DNA of 64,000 nt from the IMG/VR virus record IMGVR_UViG_3300028920_000059, positions 21,789 to 85,788 of that record; one strand, 5' to 3'. Made by a program: the position numbers and the translations under genes. Shown here piece after piece: positions 8,735 to 16,805 of the stretch. How positions within the stretch are numbered: the first letter of the stretch is position 1; every line of letters starts with the position of its first letter. The notes beneath the pieces are model-generated. The model saw nothing but the letters and a program-made list of their open reading frames with translations. It ran no database searches and was not told where the DNA came from. The DNA is from a virus.

Positions 8735-8920
8735 TCAACAATCGGCCTGCCGGGCTTCCTTGCAGGCCACATTCTTGCAGGCGACGACGACCCGGCCCGG
8801 AAGGGCGCGGACGATGTCGCGCACCTCAGCCTGCTCGTCGGGGGTCAGGGTGTCGCCCAACTTCTCGCAGACCAGCAAAGTTATCAGGCGGTCGGCCTTG
8901 GCGTTGTCGTATCGGATCAT
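8735..8920 (-). CDS. small hypothetical protein (cassette)
   Basis: 61 aa ORF exactly filling the space between repeat copies B and A. Confidence 0.7.
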   Translation of the reverse strand: MIRYDNAKADRLITLLVCEKLGDTLTPDEQAEVRDIVRALPGRVVVACKNVACKEARQADC

Positions 8921-8954
8921 GGGATGTCCTTTCTCCTGGTGGTAGGTGGTAGGC

Positions 8955-9009
8955 GTCTCTCACTGCCTCAGCCCCGCAGCCTGTCAAGGCCCGGGGCTGT
9001 GAGGCTATG
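8955..9009 (-). repeat. bulged-hairpin intergenic repeat, copy B
   Basis: CATAGCCTCACAGCCCCG-loop-CGGGGCTGAGGCAGTGAGAGAC, then (CTACCAC)2 CAGGAG. Confidence 0.9.
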
Positions 9010-9017
9010 GGGCTGGG

Positions 9018-9263
9018 TTAGCGAGCAGGCCTAGCATCCGACAAGCGTAGTTCACGGTTGCAAATGTCGCAGGTGTACGGGTTGCCCTCGTCTATCACTA
9101 TCTGGTAGACCTCCTCTGCCTCGCGTACTTCGCCCTCCTCGGTCCACGCGAACACGTCCTGACCCAATAAGCCTAATTCCTTGTGAACCTCCTCGTCGCT
9201 CATGCCTTGATGGCACGACCGGCAGATATCGTAGTAGGTCCCATCTTCGTCCTGGTAGCGCAT
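9018..9263 (-). CDS. small Cys-pair (CxxC...CxxC) hypothetical protein (cassette)
   Basis: MRYQDEDGTYYDICRSC...CDIC; lies between repeats C and B; second copy starts at 63830. Confidence 0.75.
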   Translation of the reverse strand: MRYQDEDGTYYDICRSCHQGMSDEEVHKELGLLGQDVFAWTEEGEVREAEEVYQIVIDEGNPYTCDICNRELRLSDARPAR

Positions 9264-9293
9264 GGTAGTCTCTCCTGGTGGTAGGTGGTAGGC

Positions 9294-9349
9294 GTCTCTC
9301 ACTGCCTCAGCCCCGCACCGCTGGGAGCGGCCGGGGCTGTGAGGCTATG
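9294..9349 (-). repeat. bulged-hairpin intergenic repeat, copy C
   Basis: Same stem as copy B with a different loop; followed by (CTACCAC)2 CAGGAGAG. Confidence 0.9.
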
Positions 9350-9357
9350 TGGGGGGG

Positions 9358-9567
9358 TCAGGCGATGATGGACGCGACCGTCTCTCCGTCGATGGTCCCG
9401 GCAAGGATTCCAGCGCGGTGCTCCTCCTCGCTGCAGCACTGCCGGAGCAGCTCGTAAGCGGCATCGCGGATGGCGCCCTCGCGGTCAGCGGTCTCATACT
9501 CGCCGCTCTCGTCGATCGTGGACTGGCCGTCGGCGCTAATCCACTGGATGATATGGGTGTAGCTCAT
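9358..9567 (-). CDS. small acidic hypothetical protein (cassette)
   Basis: MSYTHIIQW..., CACCTACCACAAGGAG leader. Confidence 0.7.
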   Translation of the reverse strand: MSYTHIIQWISADGQSTIDESGEYETADREGAIRDAAYELLRQCCSEEEHRAGILAGTIDGETVASIIA

Positions 9568-9589
9568 GGTATTCTCCTTGTGGTAGGTG

Positions 9590-10486
9590 TTAGATGAGGG
9601 TGGCGTTGGTGGGGCGGGAACCAATGGCGAAGCCCCGCTCCTTGGGCTTGAGGGTGACGCGGGCCTTGAGGGTACGTCCCTTGATGGTGTCAAGAGTCTC
9701 ATGGTCGCACAGGGAGTCGGGTAGGGTCATCCAGACCTTGTACCCGTCGCACTTGATCAAGGTCTTGTAAACGTCGCCGTAGAAGCTCTCCTTGAGCTTC
9801 ACGGACAGGACCTCACCCTCAAGGTCCACGCGCCCGGCCGGGGCGTCAACGGCGGCGGCCTGTTCGGCCTCCCGCTTGGCGGCCCACTCGGCCCGGAGGG
9901 CGTCGGCGTTCTGGACCGTGTCCCACAGGCGCTGGGCGAAGGTGACCTGCTTCTCGGACAGGCTGCCGTACTTGACCAACTTCCAGTAGATGTCTATGAG
10001 GGTGACGGCCTTGTCCCACAGGCGGTCCTGCGGCTGGTCACCCCACCCGTTCGCCTTGATGTCCTGCGCCCACTCGGCAACGCCGGCTAGGCCGTAGTCC
10101 TCGTCCAACAGGACCTTGGCTTTGGCGAGGCCCCGCATGCGCTCCCGGGCCTTCCCCGCCCGCTTCTGGAACCGGCGGAAGGAGGCGTCGTCCCAGCACT
10201 CAATTCTGCAGGCGCAGGTGGCGCCGAATTGGACCAGCTCGTTGGTGGGGAGGTGGATGAAGGTGGCGCCTTCGTTGTGGTGGGCACCACAGGCGTAGCA
10301 CCGGCCCTTGGTGGCCTTTTTGGCGAACCCCCGGCCGGTGGCGTTGATGTGTTGGTTGACTAACTCACGGTGCTCTCGGTTGATCTCCATGGCACCCATA
10401 TCAAATCCCCTGGGGGCAGTGTAGTACGCCAGGCAGCGGTAGTCGCTGGGGACGAGGTGAGTCTTGAGGTGGATGTTGATGGGCAT
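9590..10486 (-). CDS. early hypothetical protein with Cys/His cluster and C-terminal OB-fold-like region
   Basis: CYACG..H, C.C; C-terminal GRVDLEGEVLSVK...GYKVW; AAGGAGTCCTACG ATG leader. Confidence 0.65.
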   Translation of the reverse strand: MPINIHLKTHLVPSDYRCLAYYTAPRGFDMGAMEINREHRELVNQHINATGRGFAKKATKGRCYACGAHHNEGATFIHLPTNELVQFGATCACRIECWDDASFRRFQKRAGKARERMRGLAKAKVLLDEDYGLAGVAEWAQDIKANGWGDQPQDRLWDKAVTLIDIYWKLVKYGSLSEKQVTFAQRLWDTVQNADALRAEWAAKREAEQAAAVDAPAGRVDLEGEVLSVKLKESFYGDVYKTLIKCDGYKVWMTLPDSLCDHETLDTIKGRTLKARVTLKPKERGFAIGSRPTNATLI

Positions 10487-10512
10487 CGTAGGACTCCTTT
10501 TGGGTGTGGGGT

Positions 10513-10734
10513 TCAGAAGTTCGTGTAGGCTTCGAGGAAGGCGTTGATCGTCTGCCGACGCTTCGCCAACTTGCGACGGGCGTTGATGAATTCGCACTCA
10601 TCGATTTCTTCGTCCAGCTCTACAACGATATCGCAGAGAGCATCAACGAAGATATTGGCGATGCGGGGATCCAGCTGGTCGTCATTGACTAGCAGCTTGA
10701 TGAAGCGTCCGAAAGAGGCGGGAGGGTTGGTCAT
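10513..10734 (-). CDS. early hypothetical protein
   Basis: First ORF after the promoter; GGAGTCCTACC ATG leader. Confidence 0.65.
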   Translation of the reverse strand: MTNPPASFGRFIKLLVNDDQLDPRIANIFVDALCDIVVELDEEIDECEFINARRKLAKRRQTINAFLEAYTNF

Positions 10735-10760
10735 GGTAGGACTCCTGTTGTGTTGGCTCC

Positions 10761-10788
10761 ACTATAACGACTTATAGTTTCGTGTAAA
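10761..10788 (-). promoter_or_regulatory. sigma70-like early promoter with overlapping palindrome
   Basis: TTTACA-16-TATAGT on the minus strand; ACTATAA-CGAC-TTATAGT inverted repeat at 10761-10778. Confidence 0.6.
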
Positions 10789-10895
10789 GAATATAATTCT
10801 CTTACGTTGTAAGTGCTTTTGCCACAATTATATAAAAGAGGGCGAGAATTTCCCGACCTCTAAATCCTGAGTACTAAGTTACTTATGCGCAGCAG

Positions 10896-12005
10896 CTAGT
10901 AGCGGCTCTTGCGCTCGGGCTGAGAGGCCTCCTCGATCTCTCGCCAGCACTTCCCGACGATGGATCGTAGCTCCTTCTCCCAGCTCTTGGCCTCGATGGC
11001 CTTGATCAACTTTTCGCGGGTCGCCTTGAAGTCAAACTCTCCGGCTTCAATCGTCTGCTTCTTTTTCTCCCACCAGCCCTCTTCCACCAGATAGTCAACG
11101 CAGGTACCGATGTCATCGATTCCGAACGCTGGATAAATGTCGATCTCCACCTCACGGAGCTTACCGGTGATGCGATTCTTCTTGATTTTGGCACCGACGT
11201 GAACGCCAACCTCACGCGTGCGGTTCTTCACCGTCTTGGTAATGTGGCCAGTGATTTTAGTCCATATCTCGGCGGTTGCATAGAAGCGAAGCGCATGGCC
11301 ACCGGCGCGAGTCTTGCGCTCTCGTCCCATTCCCAAGTTGTCGCGGGTCTGCGACAGTACAATCAAGATGCTTCCAGTATCTCTGATCCCGTTGAGGACT
11401 CGGCGCATGCCTTCGCTATTGCGTTTGGCCTTGCCGTCGCCGTAGCTTCCGGCGTCATCGCCTTTCTTCCCTTCGCCACGACTGACCCGCTTGTGTGCGT
11501 CAAACTTATCTCCCTCATAATCGCTGGAGAGTCCGTCCATCGAGTCGAGGACGTAAATAAATGGCCGACCTTCTTTGATCGCGTCGTCCAGGTGGAAGTA
11601 GAACTCCTCAACGGTAAAGCTGAAGGCGGGGTTGCCATCGTCGTCCTGCCCGGGGAATTCAAGGCGCTTGGCTACGGCTTTCCCGAACAGACGCTCAACG
11701 TCCATCAGGCAGCCGTCCTCAACATTATCGTAGATGAGCCGATAGTCCTTGAAGCGTCGGGAGATCATCGCCTCCGCGAAGCAGGTCATGCTGAGGAATG
11801 TTTTACCGGCCGCAGAGTCACCCACGAGAAAATAGTATTTGCCTTTGAGCAGACCACCGTGCGGATTATCGCTCAACGCAAGATTGAGCAGCGTGGATCC
11901 AGACGATAGAAGGTCCTTACGTGAGATCTTCTCTGGCTTGGCTGGCTTTTCTTCGGCCGCTTCGATGACTTCTTCGGCAGCCTTTTTGGTTTTCTTACCA
12001 GCCAT
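10896..12005 (-). CDS. RecA/UvsX-like recombinase
   Basis: LSSGSTLLNLALS, Walker A GDSAAGKT, YVLDSMD, SQTRD, GGHALRFYA, KNR. Confidence 0.92.
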   Translation of the reverse strand: MAGKKTKKAAEEVIEAAEEKPAKPEKISRKDLLSSGSTLLNLALSDNPHGGLLKGKYYFLVGDSAAGKTFLSMTCFAEAMISRRFKDYRLIYDNVEDGCLMDVERLFGKAVAKRLEFPGQDDDGNPAFSFTVEEFYFHLDDAIKEGRPFIYVLDSMDGLSSDYEGDKFDAHKRVSRGEGKKGDDAGSYGDGKAKRNSEGMRRVLNGIRDTGSILIVLSQTRDNLGMGRERKTRAGGHALRFYATAEIWTKITGHITKTVKNRTREVGVHVGAKIKKNRITGKLREVEIDIYPAFGIDDIGTCVDYLVEEGWWEKKKQTIEAGEFDFKATREKLIKAIEAKSWEKELRSIVGKCWREIEEASQPERKSRY

Positions 12006-12252
12006 TATTCGGTTCCTGTTTGTTGAGATCCAGCGTTGGAGCGAGGATTTGGTCAACAGCCGCTAGTAGGTGCATCACCGCTCCGCGGCAGAACAGCGGA
12101 TGCCCTCGCAGTCCATATTCAATTCGGGCTTGCTGTTGGGGATTATTAGCCCGGAAGGCAGCGCACCAAACCAAGGCCATATCAGCTCGGGCCCCTGCTC
12201 GGCGCTCCAACTCCTGTAGCAGCTCTTTGCTTGGGATCGTAGTGAGGTCCAT
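11995..12252 (-). CDS. hypothetical protein
   Basis: CAGGAG RBS; overlaps the recA start. Confidence 0.6.
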   Translation of the reverse strand: MDLTTIPSKELLQELERRAGARADMALVWCAAFRANNPQQQARIEYGLRGHPLFCRGAVMHLLAAVDQILAPTLDLNKQEPNNGW

Positions 12253-12442
12253 CGTTAGCTCCTGAAATAGTGCTGGATTCTGGCTTATTTCTGTTGCCGG
12301 TGGCCGACGCTCCGACGGGCGATTTACCGGTGCAGCCGTCGCTGCTGGGGATGCTATCTGTCCGCTTCTCCGATCACCGGGCGCCGGTTCCTTGCTATCC
12401 CGGGTCTTTCAGTGCGTTTCTGTTCCCTATCCCCTGAGGTTC

Positions 12443-13771
12443 TTATCCAGACGCCTCCTCGCACTCATCCCAGTACGGGCAGTCGTCGCACTCGTCGTGC
12501 TCGTCGAGGTCCTTTCCGAACGTACCGTTGGCAGGGCACTTGGGCGTCTTGGGCTTGCTACCCTTCTTGGTGCTGCCCTTCTTGGTGCTACCCTTCTTGG
12601 TGCTACCCTTCTTGGTGCTGCCCTTCTTGGTGCTGCCCTTCTTGGTGCTGCCCTTTTTCTTCTTGGGCGGCTCGGGCTCCTGTTCATCGTCATCTTCGTC
12701 ATCAGGGTCGGGGATTTGCTTTTTGCCCGTGCCGTTGCAGGGCTTGCACTTCTTGCCCTTGCTGCTTTTGCCCGTTCCCCCGCAGGCGATGCAGACGTTA
12801 GGATCGGGCTTCTCGTCGTCCTCGTCATCATCGTCATCATCGTCGTCCTCGTCATCATCGTCATCATCGTCGTCCTCGTCATCATCGTCGTCCTCGTCGT
12901 CCTCGTCGTCCTCGTCATCATCGTCGTCCTCGTCGTCCTCGTCATCATCGTCATCATCGTCGTTGTCGTCGTTGTCGTCGTTGTCGTCGTCCTCCGGCTC
13001 GGGATCCTTCTTCTCCTCTTCCTCTTCCTCGTCGTCGTCCTCGGGATCCTTCTCGTCCTCTTGCAGGAACATGACGTTGAGCTTGTTGTAGTCCATAACC
13101 TGCAGCGACTCCTCCAAGCAGACAACCTTTTCCAAGATATCGTCCTCGTCCAGCTCGTCACGCTTCTTGAAGTCGATCTTGGTGGCCTTGAGGAACTTTC
13201 TACCGTTGAAGGATTCCTCGCTGAAGCGCACGCGAAGGGTTCGGCCCTCCTTATTGACATCGAAGAAGGCCAGGTGCTCCTCGTTATCGGGATCCTTCAG
13301 CTCATCCTCCAGAGTCGCAGCGAACTTACCGCGGCTCATCACGAAGAGACAGATGCGCTCATCGTTCTCGGGATCCAGTACGTTATAGGCAACGTACCGC
13401 TGGGCGCGTAGCTCTCGGGTAAGCTCCTCATTCTTGTCCGCATCTTCCTTGAAGAGGCGATTGCGCTCCTCGCAGATCGGGCACTTCTTGCCGATGCTCT
13501 GCGGACAGACGACGCTATCGGAGTTGGCACCGATACCGTGGTGGACGGCGAACGGGAACTTGTACCAGAGGACTCCCTTCTCGATGTCGTCGGGGTGCGT
13601 CTTGGACTTCACCTCATACGGCACGATATTGATAGAGAATCGACCGGCCTTTTCCGGTACCCACTGGCCAACCTCCTCGGGGAGATCAAACCAGCTACTA
13701 CCTCCTCCCGATCCTCGGGCGGCGTTATCCCGGACTTTTTCCCGGGAGGCTCGTTTACGCTTGCGACTCAT
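12443..13771 (-). CDS. gp32-like single-stranded DNA-binding protein with acidic tract, Zn finger and KKGST repeats
   Basis: N-terminal domain HHGIG...CP..IGKKCPICE; long D/E tract; CxxCxGxG twice; (KKGST)6; sits between recA and a UvsY-like gene. Confidence 0.75.
   Translation of the reverse strand: MSRKRKRASREKVRDNAARGSGGGSSWFDLPEEVGQWVPEKAGRFSINIVPYEVKSKTHPDDIEKGVLWYKFPFAVHHGIGANSDSVVCPQSIGKKCPICEERNRLFKEDADKNEELTRELRAQRYVAYNVLDPENDERICLFVMSRGKFAATLEDELKDPDNEEHLAFFDVNKEGRTLRVRFSEESFNGRKFLKATKIDFKKRDELDEDDILEKVVCLEESLQVMDYNKLNVMFLQEDEKDPEDDDEEEEEEKKDPEPEDDDNDDNDDNDDDDDDDEDDEDDDDDEDDEDDEDDDDDEDDDDDDDDEDDDDDDDDEDDEKPDPNVCIACGGTGKSSKGKKCKPCNGTGKKQIPDPDDEDDDEQEPEPPKKKKGSTKKGSTKKGSTKKGSTKKGSTKKGSTKKGSKPKTPKCPANGTFGKDLDEHDECDDCPYWDECEEASG
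12556..12660. repeat. 15-bp tandem repeat encoding KKGST
   Basis: About 7 copies of CCCTTCTTGGTGCT(G/A). Confidence 0.9.
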
Positions 13772-13904
13772 CGTTGTCGCTCCTTTTCATGTTTTTGAGG
13801 GTTCGCATAATCCCGCGGGTGACAAACCTTGCTGTCACATAAAGCCACAGGGTTCCAACGATCCCCCCGGTGATGATTAGAATAACCAGGACGATAGGAT
13901 TCAC
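13755..13904 (-). CDS. small membrane protein (49 aa)
   Basis: Hand-translated from GTG 13904: MNPIVLVILIITGGIVGTLWLYV...; GTGA overlap with the upstream gene. Confidence 0.55.
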   Translation of the reverse strand: MNPIVLVILIITGGIVGTLWLYVTARFVTRGIMRTLKNMKRSDNDESQA

Positions 13905-14413
13905 TTCCGTTCTCCTCGGCGTCTGGTTCGTTTTCTCTGAGATTGGTTGACGGACTTCTCAACGGCCTGCTGGTGTTTCTTCCACTCTCCTACCAGATCG
14001 CGTGGAACGGACGGGCCTGCAAAGTACTGCTGGCCATGAAGCGTGATCAGCATTTCGATCATGCGCTTACGCTGTTCCATTGCGTTAACCGCGGCGTCTA
14101 GTAGCTTGGCGTTGGATCGGGCGTTGTAAAAATTGTCAAACGCCTCCTGGTACTTTTCGGTATCTTTGATTGCCGCCGTTACGGATCCTTCGGTTACTTT
14201 GGTGACTCCGAAGTCCGCTGGGCTACGTCGGCATTCATTCTCCAACTTGGCAACAGTGATGTCAAGCTTTAGCTTGGCTCTATCAACCTCGGCGTGTGCT
14301 TCAATCGCCCGCTCGGACCATTTGAAGTATAGCTCGGCCTGACGGACGCATTCAACATCCAGTTGACCGGGGTCAATAGTCTTGTCTTGCTGAAATTCGT
14401 TTTTGTCCATCAC
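13901..14413 (-). CDS. UvsY-like recombination mediator
   Basis: Helical protein, IDPGQLDVECVRQAELYFKW...KVTE..V; adjacent to SSB and recA. Confidence 0.6.
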   Translation of the reverse strand: MMDKNEFQQDKTIDPGQLDVECVRQAELYFKWSERAIEAHAEVDRAKLKLDITVAKLENECRRSPADFGVTKVTEGSVTAAIKDTEKYQEAFDNFYNARSNAKLLDAAVNAMEQRKRMIEMLITLHGQQYFAGPSVPRDLVGEWKKHQQAVEKSVNQSQRKRTRRRGERK

Positions 14414-14427
14414 TATATTATCGCAGT

Positions 14428-15342
14428 TCAGTTAGTATAGATGGCTTCAAAGCACGCACGAATGAGACCGGCGGCTTTGCTATCGTAGAAGTTGTCCTCA
14501 AAGGCGCGAATGATATTATACGCCTTTACGCTTTTCTTGTTGAGTAGTACCTGGCGTGCATAGCCAAGAACCGAATAGCGAATTTTCTCAGGATCACCCT
14601 TGAGGTTTTTCAAGATGCCTTGAATCTTGCGCCAGTCAGAGTTGTTGATGAGCGCCCGACACAATTCAATCGCCTCCTTCTCGTCGGCTGCCTTTTGTTG
14701 AATTGCGGCGACCCGCTCCTCTGGCTTGAGATTGAGGGCTTTATCCAGCAAGACCATTGCGGTACGGGCAGACCCTTGAGCGTTTTCTACGATCTCGTCG
14801 CGGACTTCGCTGGTGATCTTCGCCTTCTCGCGTTTACACGTCTTATCTACTAACTTCTCCAGCTCCTCGTAGGTGAGTAGCCTGACGGGCATCTCGCAGC
14901 ACCGCGTCAGTATAGTCTTCAGTAGTTTCTGCGGATCCGTCGTGCAGAGTAAGAAGTAAACGTGAGGCGGAGTATCTTCCAGAATCTTGAGAGCTGCGTT
15001 CTGGCCATCGCGACTGAGCTGATGAACCTCATCCAGTAGCCAGATACGAACCTTACCGCCGGTCGGTGCCAGGTGCATTAGTCGGCTGATCTCACGGATA
15101 GTGTCGATACCACGGAAGTCGGAGCAGTTCAGCTCCTTGTAGTCCATGTCGTGGCAGTTGAGTTTGGTCCGAACGATACGTGCGAGTGTTGTCTTTCCAC
15201 AACCAGAGGGGCCGTGGAAGAGGAGAGTATGCGGAAGCGTTTCCTTCTCCAGCATATTGGTCAGAGCCGCAACTGTCTGCTCTGCACCTAAGACGGCGCG
15301 AAGCGTGCGCGGGCGATGCTTCTTGTAAAGTTCATCCGGCAT
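14428..15342 (-). CDS. clamp loader AAA+ (DnaX gamma/tau-like)
   Basis: LYKKHRP, GPSGCGKTT, LDEVHQLS, NAALKILE, TILTRC. Confidence 0.92.
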   Translation of the reverse strand: MPDELYKKHRPRTLRAVLGAEQTVAALTNMLEKETLPHTLLFHGPSGCGKTTLARIVRTKLNCHDMDYKELNCSDFRGIDTIREISRLMHLAPTGGKVRIWLLDEVHQLSRDGQNAALKILEDTPPHVYFLLCTTDPQKLLKTILTRCCEMPVRLLTYEELEKLVDKTCKREKAKITSEVRDEIVENAQGSARTAMVLLDKALNLKPEERVAAIQQKAADEKEAIELCRALINNSDWRKIQGILKNLKGDPEKIRYSVLGYARQVLLNKKSVKAYNIIRAFEDNFYDSKAAGLIRACFEAIYTN

Positions 15343-16486
15343 CGGACTCTCCCTTTTCCTTCTTGCTAAGGAACATCTCATACTCATTCGACTCAGCGAT
15401 AGGAACTACGCCGTCCCGAAGGATCGGCTTGTTCTTGAATTTATCGTAGTTGACTGAGTGGTGCCAACGACCGAAGCGCCAAGCAATCTTGACTACGTCC
15501 GGGTGTTGCTTCTGGAGGCTCTTGGCGAATTTCAACCGATAGTCTCCTTCCTCATAGACATTGTCGGTATTACCGCCCTTGATCCCACTCTTGCCGTCGC
15601 CCTTATGGGTCTGCGCTTTACTCATAAAGAGAGCGCGGAAGAGCAACGTGCAGTATCCCTTCTTGAGAAGCCGCAGGGAGAGATCGGTATCCTCATTGTA
15701 CTTGCCACGCCACTTGGTGTTGAGCGAGTTGTCCAAGAGGATGCATGAGTAGACTCGGTGGTTGAAGATGTAAGGAGCAACGGGCAGACGGTCGGTAATG
15801 AACGCACGATTATGTGGACCGGCCATCACCACATTTTCGTAGCGGTCAACAAAATTCTCCATCGCTTGGAAGAAACCACCGCCGCGCACGATCAGCCGTC
15901 GATTGAAATTCGTGCGCCCGAAGTCCACGATGTTATCATCCATAATCCAGTGGCGCTTGAACTCTCGCTCACGCGACCAGTTCCAGATGAAGTTACGGGC
16001 TGGGATGGATCCCTTCCCGAGATCGTGGAAAGGCATTGCTACGACGCGATCCTCGCCGAGCTGTTCGATGTACTCGTCAGCTTCGGTCTCCTCAACGAAG
16101 AACTTGTGACTGACACCCATGCCTGCCAGAACACGACCGGTGCTCTGATTCTTAGCTCGGCCCTTCGATGGGATGCAGACGGGATACTTGCTGTCCGTCG
16201 GTGGACCATCGTAGCAGTATACGCCCTGTTCGATGGCGGGCTGGTTCGGAAACCATGCGCTATTCTGCCGAAGAATCTTGCAGCCGGTCAACTCCTCAAA
16301 CTTTCGCATGTCCTCACGAGTCACGAAGTTGAGCGTTACCTGGAACTGCGGCGAGACATCGCGCTGAATATATTCAGGCATGCCCCACCAGACCTTGCGC
16401 CATGATTCGGTAGACTTGATCAACGGAGCCGCTCGGCTCTCCCGAGCTGGACGGGTGATCTCCTTGAGGATTCGTTTCTTGCGCAT
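15332..16486 (-). CDS. GREB1-like / TET-associated type GT-A glycosyltransferase (putative DNA-modifying)
   Basis: PVCIPSKGRA, ARNFIW, WIMDDNI, YSCILL, YNEDTDLSLR, GGNT; N-terminal W.GMPEY.Q domain fused; embedded among replisome genes. Confidence 0.72.
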   Translation of the reverse strand: MRKKRILKEITRPARESRAAPLIKSTESWRKVWWGMPEYIQRDVSPQFQVTLNFVTREDMRKFEELTGCKILRQNSAWFPNQPAIEQGVYCYDGPPTDSKYPVCIPSKGRAKNQSTGRVLAGMGVSHKFFVEETEADEYIEQLGEDRVVAMPFHDLGKGSIPARNFIWNWSREREFKRHWIMDDNIVDFGRTNFNRRLIVRGGGFFQAMENFVDRYENVVMAGPHNRAFITDRLPVAPYIFNHRVYSCILLDNSLNTKWRGKYNEDTDLSLRLLKKGYCTLLFRALFMSKAQTHKGDGKSGIKGGNTDNVYEEGDYRLKFAKSLQKQHPDVVKIAWRFGRWHHSVNYDKFKNKPILRDGVVPIAESNEYEMFLSKKEKGESDAG

Positions 16487-16487
16487 G

Positions 16488-16805
16488 TCAACTCTCCGTC
16501 TCTTTTATATCGCTGGCTGGCTTCTCTTTCGCCCAGAGGAAGTTTGCTATTTCAACCAGCACTTCATTCTCCAGCAATCGTAGGTGGATACAGTTGCGTT
16601 GCTGCTTATTCGGGAAAGCATCTCCATAGATGATGTCGCCCAGAAGTCCAGGGTTGATTCTTGCACGACGCCCGAGCTTGACCATTCCGGAGCGCAGCAG
16701 TCTCTCTTGAAGCAGGTATTCTAGGAACTTGCCATAGATAGTTCGCTGAACGGGCTTCCCGCCAAAGCGTTTTCTGGATTTCTGGAAGTGGAAGTCAGCC
16801 GGCAA
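16488..16805 (-). CDS. hypothetical protein (possible HTH)
   Basis: In-operon ORF. Confidence 0.5.
   Translation of the reverse strand: MPADFHFQKSRKRFGGKPVQRTIYGKFLEYLLQERLLRSGMVKLGRRARINPGLLGDIIYGDAFPNKQQRNCIHLRLLENEVLVEIANFLWAKEKPASDIKETES

Noticed and set aside
8935-8953. GGTGGTA/CTACCAC leaders as additional GGT-NN arrays
   Set aside because: The period is 7, the sequence is invariant, and GGT is on the non-transcribed-sense strand.
8668-9349. Hairpin repeats read as a CRISPR array or as classical attC sites
   Set aside because: The intervening DNA is 230-290 nt of complete ORFs with RBS, and the repeats lack RYYYAAC/GTTRRRY ends.
9778-9790. Partial resemblance of CGTAGAAGCTCT to the concatenated NN string of unit 2
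   Set aside because: It needs a deletion and is too short to exceed chance; no array target is claimed.
12392-13411. Long plus-strand hydrophobic ORF and poly-Ser/poly-Thr ORFs
   Set aside because: They are shadow frames of the acidic tract and KKGST repeats of the SSB gene.
13768-13962. 64-aa ORF from the track
   Set aside because: A different frame (13755..13904) gives a coupled start and a clear TM helix, so it is the better call.
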